17,800 nt of DNA from assembly GCA_031425655.1 (NCBI GenBank), contig JANPJS010000228.1, positions 1-17,800 on the forward strand, in the 5' to 3' direction. The notes below the pieces were generated by a model. It made no database searches. It saw nothing but the letters and a program-made list of their open reading frames with translations, and had not been told where the DNA came from. Positions within the stretch are counted from its first letter, which is position 1; each line of letters starts with the position of its first letter. This document shows positions 1 through 7,915 of this stretch, in pieces. The stretch comes from Abditibacteriaceae bacterium (GTDB taxonomy: Bacteria; Armatimonadota; Abditibacteriia; Abditibacteriales; Abditibacteriaceae). Position numbers and translations under genes: made by a program.

Positions 1-57
1 GGCTTGCCTTGTCGGTAAATCGTGTTGCACATACGACAAGCCAAGCCTTGACGCTAC
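1..57. repeat. Partial GTAG-type REP hairpin (left end outside the window)
   Basis: GGCTTGCCTTGTCG (1-14) pairs with CGACAAGCCAAGCC (34-47) with one mismatch; the element ends in TTGACGCTAC (CTAC 54-57 = GTAG tag on the minus strand). Confidence 0.6.
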
Positions 58-75
58 GGATGGCAGATTAGAATC

Positions 76-2010
76 ATGGCTTTTGACGAAACAACCGAAG
101 AAATCCGGCGCCGCGTAGATATTGTCGAGGTGATCGAGCAATACGTTTCGCTGCGACCGGCGGGTAATGGCCGTTTCAAGGCGTGCTGCCCGTTCCACGA
201 CGAGAAAACGCCGTCGTTCTACGTCTCGCGTGACAAAGGCTTCTATAAATGTTTTGGTTGTTCCGAGTCAGGTGATTCCTTCAAATTCCTTCAAAAGATC
301 GAAAACCTGACCTTTATCGAGGCCAAGAAGCAGTTGGCCGAAAAATACGGCGTCACGGTTTACAATCAGCGCGAAATGACGCCCGAACAGCAGGCGCAAT
401 GGGCCGAGCGTGACCGTTTATACAAAGTCATGGCGAGCGCGGCGGCCTTTTTCCGCGAACAACTGAGCGGCAACGCCGGACTCGCGGGGCGAGATTACGC
501 CCGGCGTCGCGGTTTATCGAATGGCACGATTGAAAAGTTCGGCGTCGGCTACGCGCCCGATGCGTGGGAGGGTCTGCGCCAGCATCTGGTCAATAAATAC
601 GGCTTTTCGGATGCCGACGGACTGGCGACCGGCCTTTTTATCGAACGCGAAGACGACACGGGCCGCAAACGCTACTACGACCGCTATCGCCATCGCCTGA
701 TGTTTCCGATTTGGGACGCGCAAGGCCGCGTCATCGCGTTCGGCGGGCGCGCGTTGGAAGGCGGCAAAACCGGCAACCCGGACGCGAAATACATCAACTC
801 GCCCGAAGGCGTGCTTTTCAAGAAAAGCAAGACGCTTTACGCGTGGCACATCGCGCGCAGCGAGGTCGCCAAGCGCGAATCTGTGATCCTGACCGAGGGT
901 TACATGGATACTATCGCGCTGCACGAGGCCGGCATCACGCACGCGATTGCCACATTGGGCACCGCTTTAACCGTTAACCACGCGGTTATGCTGGCGCGCC
1001 TTGCTCCGAAGATCGTTTACCTGTGCTACGACGGCGATTCGGCGGGAATGCAGGCCGCGCTGCGCGCCGCGCCGCTGTTTTTGCAGCACAACTTGGACGT
1101 GCGCGTTGTCACTTTGCCCGGCGGCGACGATCCCGACACCTTTGTTCGCAAACAAGGCCCGGTCGGCTTCAACAACGCCCTGCGCGAGGCGCGTTTGCTG
1201 ACGCAATATCAAGTCGAAATGGCCGTCGCGCCGTTTGATTTCGCGGTCGTGGTCGAGCGCACGCAAGCGATTAAAGCCGCCGCCGACATCATCTCGCACG
1301 CGCCGCAGGGCAGCGAGCGCGACGGCTTTATCATGTGGCTTTCCGAGCGCTGGGCACGCGCCGAAGGCATCACCACGCCCGACCGCCTGCAAATGGTGCA
1401 AACCGCTGTGCGCCGCGAAATCGAAGGCGCGTCCAAGCGCCAGTGGAAAGAAGAGCGCGTCCGCAACGGCGGCATCGAGCCGCCAACGCCACAGGAGCCG
1501 TCGGAAAACGAAGTAGTGTCGGAAATGGTTTCGGGTTCAGCGGGCGGCCAAACGTCGGGCGTCCTCAAAGCCGAACGCGCTTTAATCGCCTCGCTGCTCA
1601 ACGCCCCGACGTGGCGCGGACGCATCTTGGAAAAGCTGCCGCTTGAGCAATGGACAAATGAAACACACGGCGAAATCGTGGCCTTGCTGCGTAAAATTCC
1701 CTCGAACGAAGTGATAAACCTGACGGACTTTTTAGAAAAACTGTCGCCGGAGGCTGCAGGCATCATCAGCGAAGTCATGCTGTCGGACGAAGGCGAAGCG
1801 CCGCCCGACTTAAAAGTGGTGGACGACTGGGTTTACGTCGTCCACAAACACTGGGCGCGCCAAACCGAGCGCGAATGGCTCGAAGCGATTCGCCTCAAAC
1901 TCGACCGGGGCGAACCCGTCACGCCCGACGACAAAGAAGCCTTAGAACGCGCTCTCATCGGCACCAAACGCAAAACAGGCCGCCCACCGGGCCAGACCAA
2001 GCCCGCGTAG
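76..2010 (+). CDS. dnaG: DNA primase
   Basis: N-terminal CHC2 zinc finger (CPFHDEKTPSF...CFGC), RLMFPI..GRVIAFGGR, KYINSPE, TOPRIM motifs EGYMD and YDGDSAG, DPD motif; 644 aa. Confidence 0.97.
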   Translation: MAFDETTEEIRRRVDIVEVIEQYVSLRPAGNGRFKACCPFHDEKTPSFYVSRDKGFYKCFGCSESGDSFKFLQKIENLTFIEAKKQLAEKYGVTVYNQREMTPEQQAQWAERDRLYKVMASAAAFFREQLSGNAGLAGRDYARRRGLSNGTIEKFGVGYAPDAWEGLRQHLVNKYGFSDADGLATGLFIEREDDTGRKRYYDRYRHRLMFPIWDAQGRVIAFGGRALEGGKTGNPDAKYINSPEGVLFKKSKTLYAWHIARSEVAKRESVILTEGYMDTIALHEAGITHAIATLGTALTVNHAVMLARLAPKIVYLCYDGDSAGMQAALRAAPLFLQHNLDVRVVTLPGGDDPDTFVRKQGPVGFNNALREARLLTQYQVEMAVAPFDFAVVVERTQAIKAAADIISHAPQGSERDGFIMWLSERWARAEGITTPDRLQMVQTAVRREIEGASKRQWKEERVRNGGIEPPTPQEPSENEVVSEMVSGSAGGQTSGVLKAERALIASLLNAPTWRGRILEKLPLEQWTNETHGEIVALLRKIPSNEVINLTDFLEKLSPEAAGIISEVMLSDEGEAPPDLKVVDDWVYVVHKHWARQTEREWLEAIRLKLDRGEPVTPDDKEALERALIGTKRKTGRPPGQTKPA

Positions 2011-2012
2011 AA

Positions 2013-2486
2013 ATGAACACTCAATTTCAAGATTCGCCTCCAGCGAAGCCATCACATATCGAATGGCGCGCTTTAATCGTCAGCATCGGCGTCGGAATTG
2101 TGCTGACTGTCCTTCAGAGAATGTCTTTCGTTGCTCTCGTGCGTTATGTCGTCCCTCGACAGGCGTTGACGAACGGAAATTATTGGTTGCTGACGGCTTT
2201 CAGCATCGGTTTCACGCTGGCAGCGGCAACTGTCGTGGGTTTTGTTGCTGCTCACTCTGCCCGCAACCGTCCTTACTTTCATGCGATTGCAGCCACGCTT
2301 TGCTTGAGACTGCTCAATTTCCTCTGGCGCATTGTCGCATTAGACTTACCACATGGCTTCGCTGTTGCCTTCACTGGGCACCTTTTAGACATGATGTTCT
2401 ACACAGTCATCTCTTTATTCGCCGCGCTTTATGGCGCTTACATGGCGCAATCGTTTAAACGCAATCGCGGCGTGAAGATTGACTGA
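2013..2486 (+). CDS. Hypothetical integral membrane protein (~4 TM helices)
   Basis: ATG 2 nt after the dnaG stop (internal Met of the 1875 ORF, MNTQFQ...); four hydrophobic stretches; stop overlaps the next start; lower GC than its neighbours. Confidence 0.7.
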   Translation: MNTQFQDSPPAKPSHIEWRALIVSIGVGIVLTVLQRMSFVALVRYVVPRQALTNGNYWLLTAFSIGFTLAAATVVGFVAAHSARNRPYFHAIAATLCLRLLNFLWRIVALDLPHGFAVAFTGHLLDMMFYTVISLFAALYGAYMAQSFKRNRGVKID

Positions 2487-3408
2487 TTTCATGCTCCCTT
2501 TCTGGAAAACGCTGTCGTTTCTCGGCTCGGAAGAGTTCTATTTGCTGATCATGCCGGCGCTGATCTGGTGCGGCGATGCGGCGCTGGGTTTGCGCGTCGG
2601 CGTGCTGTTTTTGCTGAGCGCGAATCTCAACGGCGCGGCGAAATTGTTCTTTCACGCGCCGCGCCCGGCGTGGTTGGACAGCAAAATCATCGCGCTGGCG
2701 ACGGAGCACTCGTTCGGCTTTCCATCGGGCCACGCGCAAAACGCCCTCGCAGTTTGGGGCGTGTTAGCCGCCCAAGCGAAATCGCGCATCGCGTGGGCCA
2801 TCGCGCTGACGCTGATCGCGCTCATCGGCGTGTCGCGTCTGGCGTTGCGCGTTCACTTCGTCGGTGACGTAATCGGCGGCTGGATTATCGGCGCGCTTTT
2901 GCTCGTCACGTTCTTGAAGATTGAGAAGCCTGTCGGCGCGTGGCTGAAGCAGCGGGATTTCATTTCGCAGGTGGCGCTTTGCGGCGCGCTGTCGCTGGCG
3001 ATGGTTGGAGTGACCTTGTGGATAGGGTTTCAAACGGCCAGTAGCTTTGTTTTTGGCAAGTGGATATGGACACCTCATTATGCGAGCATGGCAGGATTAG
3101 CGGGTTTAGGAGAAAGCTTTGCCGTCCTTCCACAAATGAAAGCGCCCGGCGCGCTTTTCGGTTTGCTCATCGGCGCGTGCTGGATGCTAAAAAACGGCGG
3201 CTACGAAATCGGCGGAAACAAAATTGTGCGCTATTTTATCGGATTAATCGGCGTGTTGGTTTTCTGGTTCGGACTGGGAAAGCTGCTGCCGCGCGGCGAA
3301 GATTTGCTTTCGCTTGTCGCTGCTTACGTTCGCTACGCGCTCGTCGGATTTTGGATTTCGGCGGGTGCGCCGCTGGTTTTTCGGTGCGTGGAAAGAACGC
3401 GGATGTAG
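2479..3408 (+). CDS. PAP2-family membrane phosphatase
   Basis: PAP2 motifs K-x6-RP (KLFFHAPRP), PSGH (FPSGHAQ) and SR-x5-H-x3-D (SRLALRVHFVGD); multiple TM segments. Start is TTG 2479 or ATG 2491. Confidence 0.9.
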   Translation: MTDFMLPFWKTLSFLGSEEFYLLIMPALIWCGDAALGLRVGVLFLLSANLNGAAKLFFHAPRPAWLDSKIIALATEHSFGFPSGHAQNALAVWGVLAAQAKSRIAWAIALTLIALIGVSRLALRVHFVGDVIGGWIIGALLLVTFLKIEKPVGAWLKQRDFISQVALCGALSLAMVGVTLWIGFQTASSFVFGKWIWTPHYASMAGLAGLGESFAVLPQMKAPGALFGLLIGACWMLKNGGYEIGGNKIVRYFIGLIGVLVFWFGLGKLLPRGEDLLSLVAAYVRYALVGFWISAGAPLVFRCVERTRM

Positions 3409-3685
3409 GGGCGCAACCTGTTGCGCCCAATTTGCGGCCCCGCGCATTATTTCGAGGGCGTGACAGGGGCGCAACAGGTTGCGCCCCATACGTATCAACT
3501 TAAGAATTTTTTCCCGTGACACCCCATTAAAATGGGGCGCTACTGTTACAAAGTCCGCCTTCGCGGACTCGAAATTTAGTCCGCGAAGGCGGACTTCGTA
3601 ACCATAGAACCCGATTTTAATCGGGGTTGCGAGCGGATGATGCCTTAAGTTGATGTGTATGGGGCGCAACAGGTTGCGCCCCTAC
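3405..3685. repeat. GTAG-type REP doublet between convergent genes, interrupted by a MITE-like element
   Basis: GTAGGGGCGCAACCTGTTGCGCCC (3405-3428), GGGCGCAACAGGTTGCGCCC (3467-3486) and GGGCGCAACAGGTTGCGCCCCTAC (3662-3685). The terminal GTAG/CTAC tags contain the TAG stops of both flanking genes. Confidence 0.85.
3487..3661. mobile_element. 175-bp MITE-like element, copy 1 (18-bp terminal inverted repeats, internal REP-like hairpins)
   Basis: TIRs CATACGTATCAACTTAAG (3487-3504) and CTTAAGTTGATGTGTATG (3644-3661); central 56-bp hairpin 3546-3601; second copy of the same length at 5007-5181. Confidence 0.8.
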
Positions 3686-4854
3686 GAGCGAATCGCGTTC
3701 GCCAACTCGTCTAAATCCGCCTCACAATTCATGAAATGCGGGGAAACGCGCAGCCAGTCGAGGCCATCGCGGTCGGCGCGCAGCGAAAGCGTGAAGCGCG
3801 ATTCCAGTTTCGCAAACAACGTCGCGGCGTCGCCGCGCGGCGGCTGAAAGCTGACGATGCCCGAAGGCTTGGCCGCATCGGGGCGCCACAAAAGTTGGCA
3901 TCCGGCAGCTTCTAGTTGCTGCGCGGCGTAATCGCGCAAATGCGTCACGCGCGCGGCGATAGCTTCGCTGTCGAAGTCTTGCAACACGCTCAGCGATGCC
4001 TCAAAACCGACGATGCCGAGATAATTGCGCGCTCCCGGCTCGAAGCGTTCGGCGCTGTCAATCGGCGTGGTGTCGTAAGCAAACCAGTTGTCGCGGTTTT
4101 GGATGGACAGCCAACCAAGTATTTGCGGACGCATTTTTTGCATCGCTTCGCGGCGCGTCCACAAAACCGCGATTCCATTGGGGCCAAGCAGCCATTTGTG
4201 CGCGTCGGCGCAGACGAAATCAACGTGCGTCGCGTCGAAGCGCATCGCGCCAAGCGTTTGAATCGCATCCACGCAAAACAAAACCCCGCGCTGGTGCAGC
4301 CACGCGCCGATGGCGTTCACATCAAGCGCATAACCGCTGAGAAAGTTCGCCGAAGCCAGACTGACGATGCGCGTGCGTTCGTCCACAAACGGCGCGATGT
4401 CATCCAGCGTTAAATCCATCGCGGCGCGGTGCGGAATCAGGCGCACTTCCACGCCGCGCGTGATTTGCAGGTTCTTCCACGTCACGACGTTGGCGGGAAA
4501 GTCTCCGTCGGCCACGACGCAGTTATCGCCGGGCTGCCAGTCGAGGCTGGTGGCGACAAGGCCAAGCGCGTGCGAAGTCGAGCCGGCAAAAGCGATTTCA
4601 TCCGGCTGGGCTGGCGCGCCGATCAGTGCCGCGAGACGTTCTTTGCAGCGCGTATAAATCGCCGTGTCCTGCTCGAAATCGCCTTGTCCTTCGCGCGAAA
4701 TGCGCTGCGCGTAGGCGATAACCGCCTCGCTGGAGCGGGCCGGCAGCGGCGAAACCGAAGCGTGCGTCAGGAAAATGCTGCGCGCAAAAACGGGAAATTC
4801 GCGCTCGCGCCACGAGTTGAACAGGGCATTTTGTGACGGAATTTTCAAGCTCAT
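3682..4854 (-). CDS. Class V PLP-dependent aminotransferase / cysteine desulfurase-like protein
   Basis: FLTHASVSP, VDAIQTLG, PLP-lysine motif DAHKWLLGP, RFEPG, LRVSPHFMN. Start placed at ATG 4854 because the longer ORF runs into a REP. Confidence 0.9.
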   Translation of the reverse strand: MSLKIPSQNALFNSWREREFPVFARSIFLTHASVSPLPARSSEAVIAYAQRISREGQGDFEQDTAIYTRCKERLAALIGAPAQPDEIAFAGSTSHALGLVATSLDWQPGDNCVVADGDFPANVVTWKNLQITRGVEVRLIPHRAAMDLTLDDIAPFVDERTRIVSLASANFLSGYALDVNAIGAWLHQRGVLFCVDAIQTLGAMRFDATHVDFVCADAHKWLLGPNGIAVLWTRREAMQKMRPQILGWLSIQNRDNWFAYDTTPIDSAERFEPGARNYLGIVGFEASLSVLQDFDSEAIAARVTHLRDYAAQQLEAAGCQLLWRPDAAKPSGIVSFQPPRGDAATLFAKLESRFTLSLRADRDGLDWLRVSPHFMNCEADLDELANAIRS

Positions 4855-4888
4855 AAAATTGTTGTAGGACGCCGGGGGCTTAAGGTTC

Positions 4889-4946
4889 GTAGTCGCGCCG
4901 TGAGGCGCGTCGTTCCTCAAAATAACGCGACTCACGGCGCGACTAC
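4889..4946. repeat. GTAG-type REP doublet hairpin
   Basis: GTAGTCGCGCCGTGAG (4889-4904) is a perfect inverted repeat of CTCACGGCGCGACTAC (4931-4946); pairing continues inward imperfectly. Confidence 0.8.
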
Positions 4947-4970
4947 GACCAAAATCCGCTCTCTGCCGGG

Positions 4971-4988
4971 CTTAAGTTGATGCCTATG
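4971..4988. repeat. Orphan copy of the MITE terminal repeat
   Basis: CTTAAGTTGATGCCTATG, the exact reverse complement of the TIR at 5007-5024; only a CTTAAG remnant at 4879-4884 is available as a possible partner. Confidence 0.7.
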
Positions 4989-5006
4989 ACACGCCATAGC
5001 GTGTTC

Positions 5007-5181
5007 CATAGGCATCAACTTAAGGCATCGCGCGGCATCGCCCCGATTGAAATCGGGGTCTACGATTACAAAGTCCGCCTTCGCGGACTCGAAATTTAGT
5101 CCGCGCAGGCGGACTTTGTAAGAATAGCGCCCCATTTTAATGGGGTGAGCACAGGCGAAATTCCTTAAGTTGATGCGTATG
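5007..5181. mobile_element. 175-bp MITE-like element, copy 2
   Basis: TIRs CATAGGCATCAACTTAAG (5007-5024) and CTTAAGTTGATGCGTATG (5164-5181); central hairpin 5066-5121 nearly identical to copy 1; flanked on both sides by a GACACGC...GCGTGT REP-like hairpin. Confidence 0.8.
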
Positions 5182-5252
5182 GGACACGCTATGGCGTGTC
5201 CCTATAAAGGCTCACCGAGACATTAAGCGTTATGCCCATTTCGAGTCCATAT

Positions 5253-6029
5253 TTAGAAATAAACGCGGCCTTCGCGCCCTTCGACTTCATCGCGCGCCCG
5301 CAGCTTTTCGGGAGTTTGAAGCGCGCGTTGCACGCAGACGGCGGCTAAAACAGCATCCAAAGCATCGCCTTCGCAGTCATTCAAGGCCAAATTTTCGATT
5401 TCGACCGAAGCCGCAAACGGAGCGCGTTCGCGCATTGCGTTCCAAATCAGTTCTCGATTCGTTCGCTGCGCCGCGCTTTTGCCTTTGTAACTGAGATACA
5501 GCTTTTCGCGCTTGAGCAGCGAGGCTGGGCAGATTTCGAGCAGCCACATCGCGCCGTGCGCCGCTTCCTGCATCGGCAAAACTTGCGCGCCGCGTTGAAC
5601 CAGAGGCCACAAAACGTCGCGCAAGCCGTGAAATGTCTGGCGATAAAGGCGCAGATTGAGCGGCGAAAACGGCGTTTTGGCTTGCACGTCGCAGCGCCGC
5701 CGCACATCGGTAAACTTCGCTCGAAAAGCGTCGGCGTCGGCACACGGCGCGACTTCGTTTTGCAGCCAACGCAGCCAAGTGTCGCCGATGGCGTCGTGCG
5801 TCAAAGAAAAAGGAAAATCGAAACCGCAAACCGGCGCCGCAAAGCCGCAAATAGACTCGACTAAGGCCGGCATCGCTTTTTCACGCGCGGGGCCGGAGTT
5901 GGGCAAATCGGCGGCGCGCTGCAACTCGTGAACGCGCAAAACGCCGTCTTCGACAGTGGCGCGAGCGATCCATATTTTGAGTCCGGCCAAAGCCGCGCCG
6001 GAAAAATCAACGCCTAAGATGGTTTGCAT
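5253..6029 (-). CDS. DUF429-like (predicted RNase H-like fold nuclease) protein
   Basis: N-terminal ILGVDFSGA, GFDFPFS, LEICPA and C-terminal DALDAVLAA motifs, recognised as the DUF429 pattern. Confidence 0.75.
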   Translation of the reverse strand: MQTILGVDFSGAALAGLKIWIARATVEDGVLRVHELQRAADLPNSGPAREKAMPALVESICGFAAPVCGFDFPFSLTHDAIGDTWLRWLQNEVAPCADADAFRAKFTDVRRRCDVQAKTPFSPLNLRLYRQTFHGLRDVLWPLVQRGAQVLPMQEAAHGAMWLLEICPASLLKREKLYLSYKGKSAAQRTNRELIWNAMRERAPFAASVEIENLALNDCEGDALDAVLAAVCVQRALQTPEKLRARDEVEGREGRVYF

Positions 6030-6936
6030 GAACGATGTTTTCGCAGGCCGCGCGCCAATCGGCGAAGTGAAACGCGAAACCGGATTCCAGCAGTTTGCCG
6101 GGCACGACGCGGCGGCTTTTGAGCATGAGTTCGGTTTCGGTTTTCATAAAAAACGCGCCGATTTCCAACATCCAGCGCGCGGCGGGCAAGCCAAACGGCA
6201 CGCGGCACACTTCGCGCAAAACGCGCATGAATTCGCGGTTGGGAATTGGATTCGGCGCCGCGCAATTGATGGCTCCGCTCAGTTCGTCGTGTTCGATAAT
6301 CCACTGCACGCTGCGCGCGAAATCATCGGCGTGAATCCAACTGACGAACTCGTTTCCCTTGCCCAATGCGCCGCCCAAGCCGCGTCGTGTGATGGTTGCA
6401 AACGCGTCCATTACGCCGCCGGGTTGCGGGCCGAAAACCATCGCGGTGCGTAAGGCGATTTTGCGCGTTCGCGGTGTGTTCGCGGCGTTCAACTCGGCTT
6501 CCCATTTTCGGCAGACGTCTACGGAAAAGCCGCTGCCGATTTCGCCGCTTGCTTCGTCCATCGCGCGGTCTTCGGCGTGGCGATAAATCGTCGCCGAACT
6601 CGAATTAATCCAAACCGGCGGCGCTTTTTGGCACTGCGCGATGGCTTGGCCGATAACTTTCGTGGATTTTAAGCGCGAATCGTAAATCTCTTGCTTATTG
6701 GCCGCATTGTAGCGGCAATTCACCGAGCGCCCGGCCAAGTTGACAACAGCGTCGGCGCCTTCAAATTCCTGCGTCCAATCGCCGAGCGCGGCACCGTCCC
6801 AGCGCACCAATCGCGCGCCGTTTGTCGCCGAATCGCCACGCGAAAGCACGACAACATCCCAGCCCTGTGGCACGAAATGTTCAGTGAGAACGCGGCCTAA
6901 AAAGCCGTTGCCGCCGGGCAGGATGAGTTTGGGCAT
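6007..6936 (-). CDS. TIGR01777/YfcH-like NAD-dependent epimerase (DUF1731 C-terminus)
   Basis: GGNGFLG Rossmann motif, DAVVNLAGRS, SSSATIY, LRTAMV, SWIH.DD, S.RVVP.KL..SGF.F. Confidence 0.9.
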   Translation of the reverse strand: MPKLILPGGNGFLGRVLTEHFVPQGWDVVVLSRGDSATNGARLVRWDGAALGDWTQEFEGADAVVNLAGRSVNCRYNAANKQEIYDSRLKSTKVIGQAIAQCQKAPPVWINSSSATIYRHAEDRAMDEASGEIGSGFSVDVCRKWEAELNAANTPRTRKIALRTAMVFGPQPGGVMDAFATITRRGLGGALGKGNEFVSWIHADDFARSVQWIIEHDELSGAINCAAPNPIPNREFMRVLREVCRVPFGLPAARWMLEIGAFFMKTETELMLKSRRVVPGKLLESGFAFHFADWRAACENIVHANHLRR

Positions 6937-6946
6937 GAAACTAAAG

Positions 6947-7816
6947 TCAATTTTTCGGCGCTAAAACATCGTTCAATTTGCCGCGACGATAGCCTTCCAT
7001 GTCGAGCAGAATTTTGGTGTAGCCGATTTCGCGCAGCGTCGCGGCGATGTTTTGATAATTCTCGAAAACGAGCGGCATTTCGCGTGGGTCAACTTCCAAA
7101 CGCGCGGTTGGCTTCTCGTCTTCGACGAAATGGCGCACACGCAATTGGCGCAGGCCGAGTCCGCGCAAATGCGCTTCGGCGCGGCCAATTAAACGCAAGG
7201 CTTCGGGCGTGACCGGCGTGCCATAAGGAATGCGCGAACTGAGGCAGGGCATGGCCGGTTTGTCCCAAGTCGGCAGGCCGAGTTCTTTGCTCAAAGCGCG
7301 GATTTCGGCTTTTGCCAGCCCGACTTCGCGCAGCGGCGAGCGAATCGCGCGCTCTTGTCCGGCCTGCGCGCCGGGACGCCATTCGCTCATGTCGTCTTCG
7401 TTGGTGCCGTCGCAAACGGCGTCAAAACCTTCGTTTTCGGCGATGCGCGTTAAGACGGTGAAAAGCTCGCTTTTGCAATAATAGCAGCGGTTGGAGGGGT
7501 TCGCGGCGTAATTCGGGTCTTCGATTTCGTGCGTATCTACGGTTCGCAGCGGGATTTGCAGTTTCGCGGCGAGTTGGGCGGCTTCCTGATGCTCTTCGGG
7601 CATCAAAGAGGGCGACACGCCGATGATCGCTTGTGCGCTTGCGCCGATTTCCTCGTGCGCCACTTTGAGCAAATACGCCGAATCCACGCCGCCCGAATAA
7701 GCGATAATTACGCGGCCCAGATCGCGCAGCGTTGCGCGCAAAGCAAGCTCTTTAGCGCGCGTTTGGTCAGTAATTTTCGTCGCCGGCAGTGCCAGCGTAA
7801 TCAGTTGAGTCATCAT
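6947..7816 (-). CDS. larE: ATP-dependent sacrificial sulfur transferase LarE-like (PP-loop)
   Basis: PP-loop AYSGGVDS, NRCYYCK, DGTN.DD..RPG, WDKPAMPCLSSRIPYG, QLRVRH, LDMEGYRRGKLN. Start is ATG 7816 or 7813. Confidence 0.9.
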   Translation of the reverse strand: MMTQLITLALPATKITDQTRAKELALRATLRDLGRVIIAYSGGVDSAYLLKVAHEEIGASAQAIIGVSPSLMPEEHQEAAQLAAKLQIPLRTVDTHEIEDPNYAANPSNRCYYCKSELFTVLTRIAENEGFDAVCDGTNEDDMSEWRPGAQAGQERAIRSPLREVGLAKAEIRALSKELGLPTWDKPAMPCLSSRIPYGTPVTPEALRLIGRAEAHLRGLGLRQLRVRHFVEDEKPTARLEVDPREMPLVFENYQNIAATLREIGYTKILLDMEGYRRGKLNDVLAPKN

Positions 7817-7915
7817 AAAAGAGTATAGCGAGCAGGGCAATGTAGGCGCCGACGCCTCGAAAATGTGAACTTGCGAATCGCGCGAAGCGTTGTCTTGTCG
7901 AATTGTGAACACACC

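Noticed and set aside
4932..5135. Small minus-strand ORFs sharing YxVRLRGLNFESAKADFV (also in 3244-3669)
   Set aside because: The shared peptide is only the translated repeat core; there is no RBS or coding evidence.
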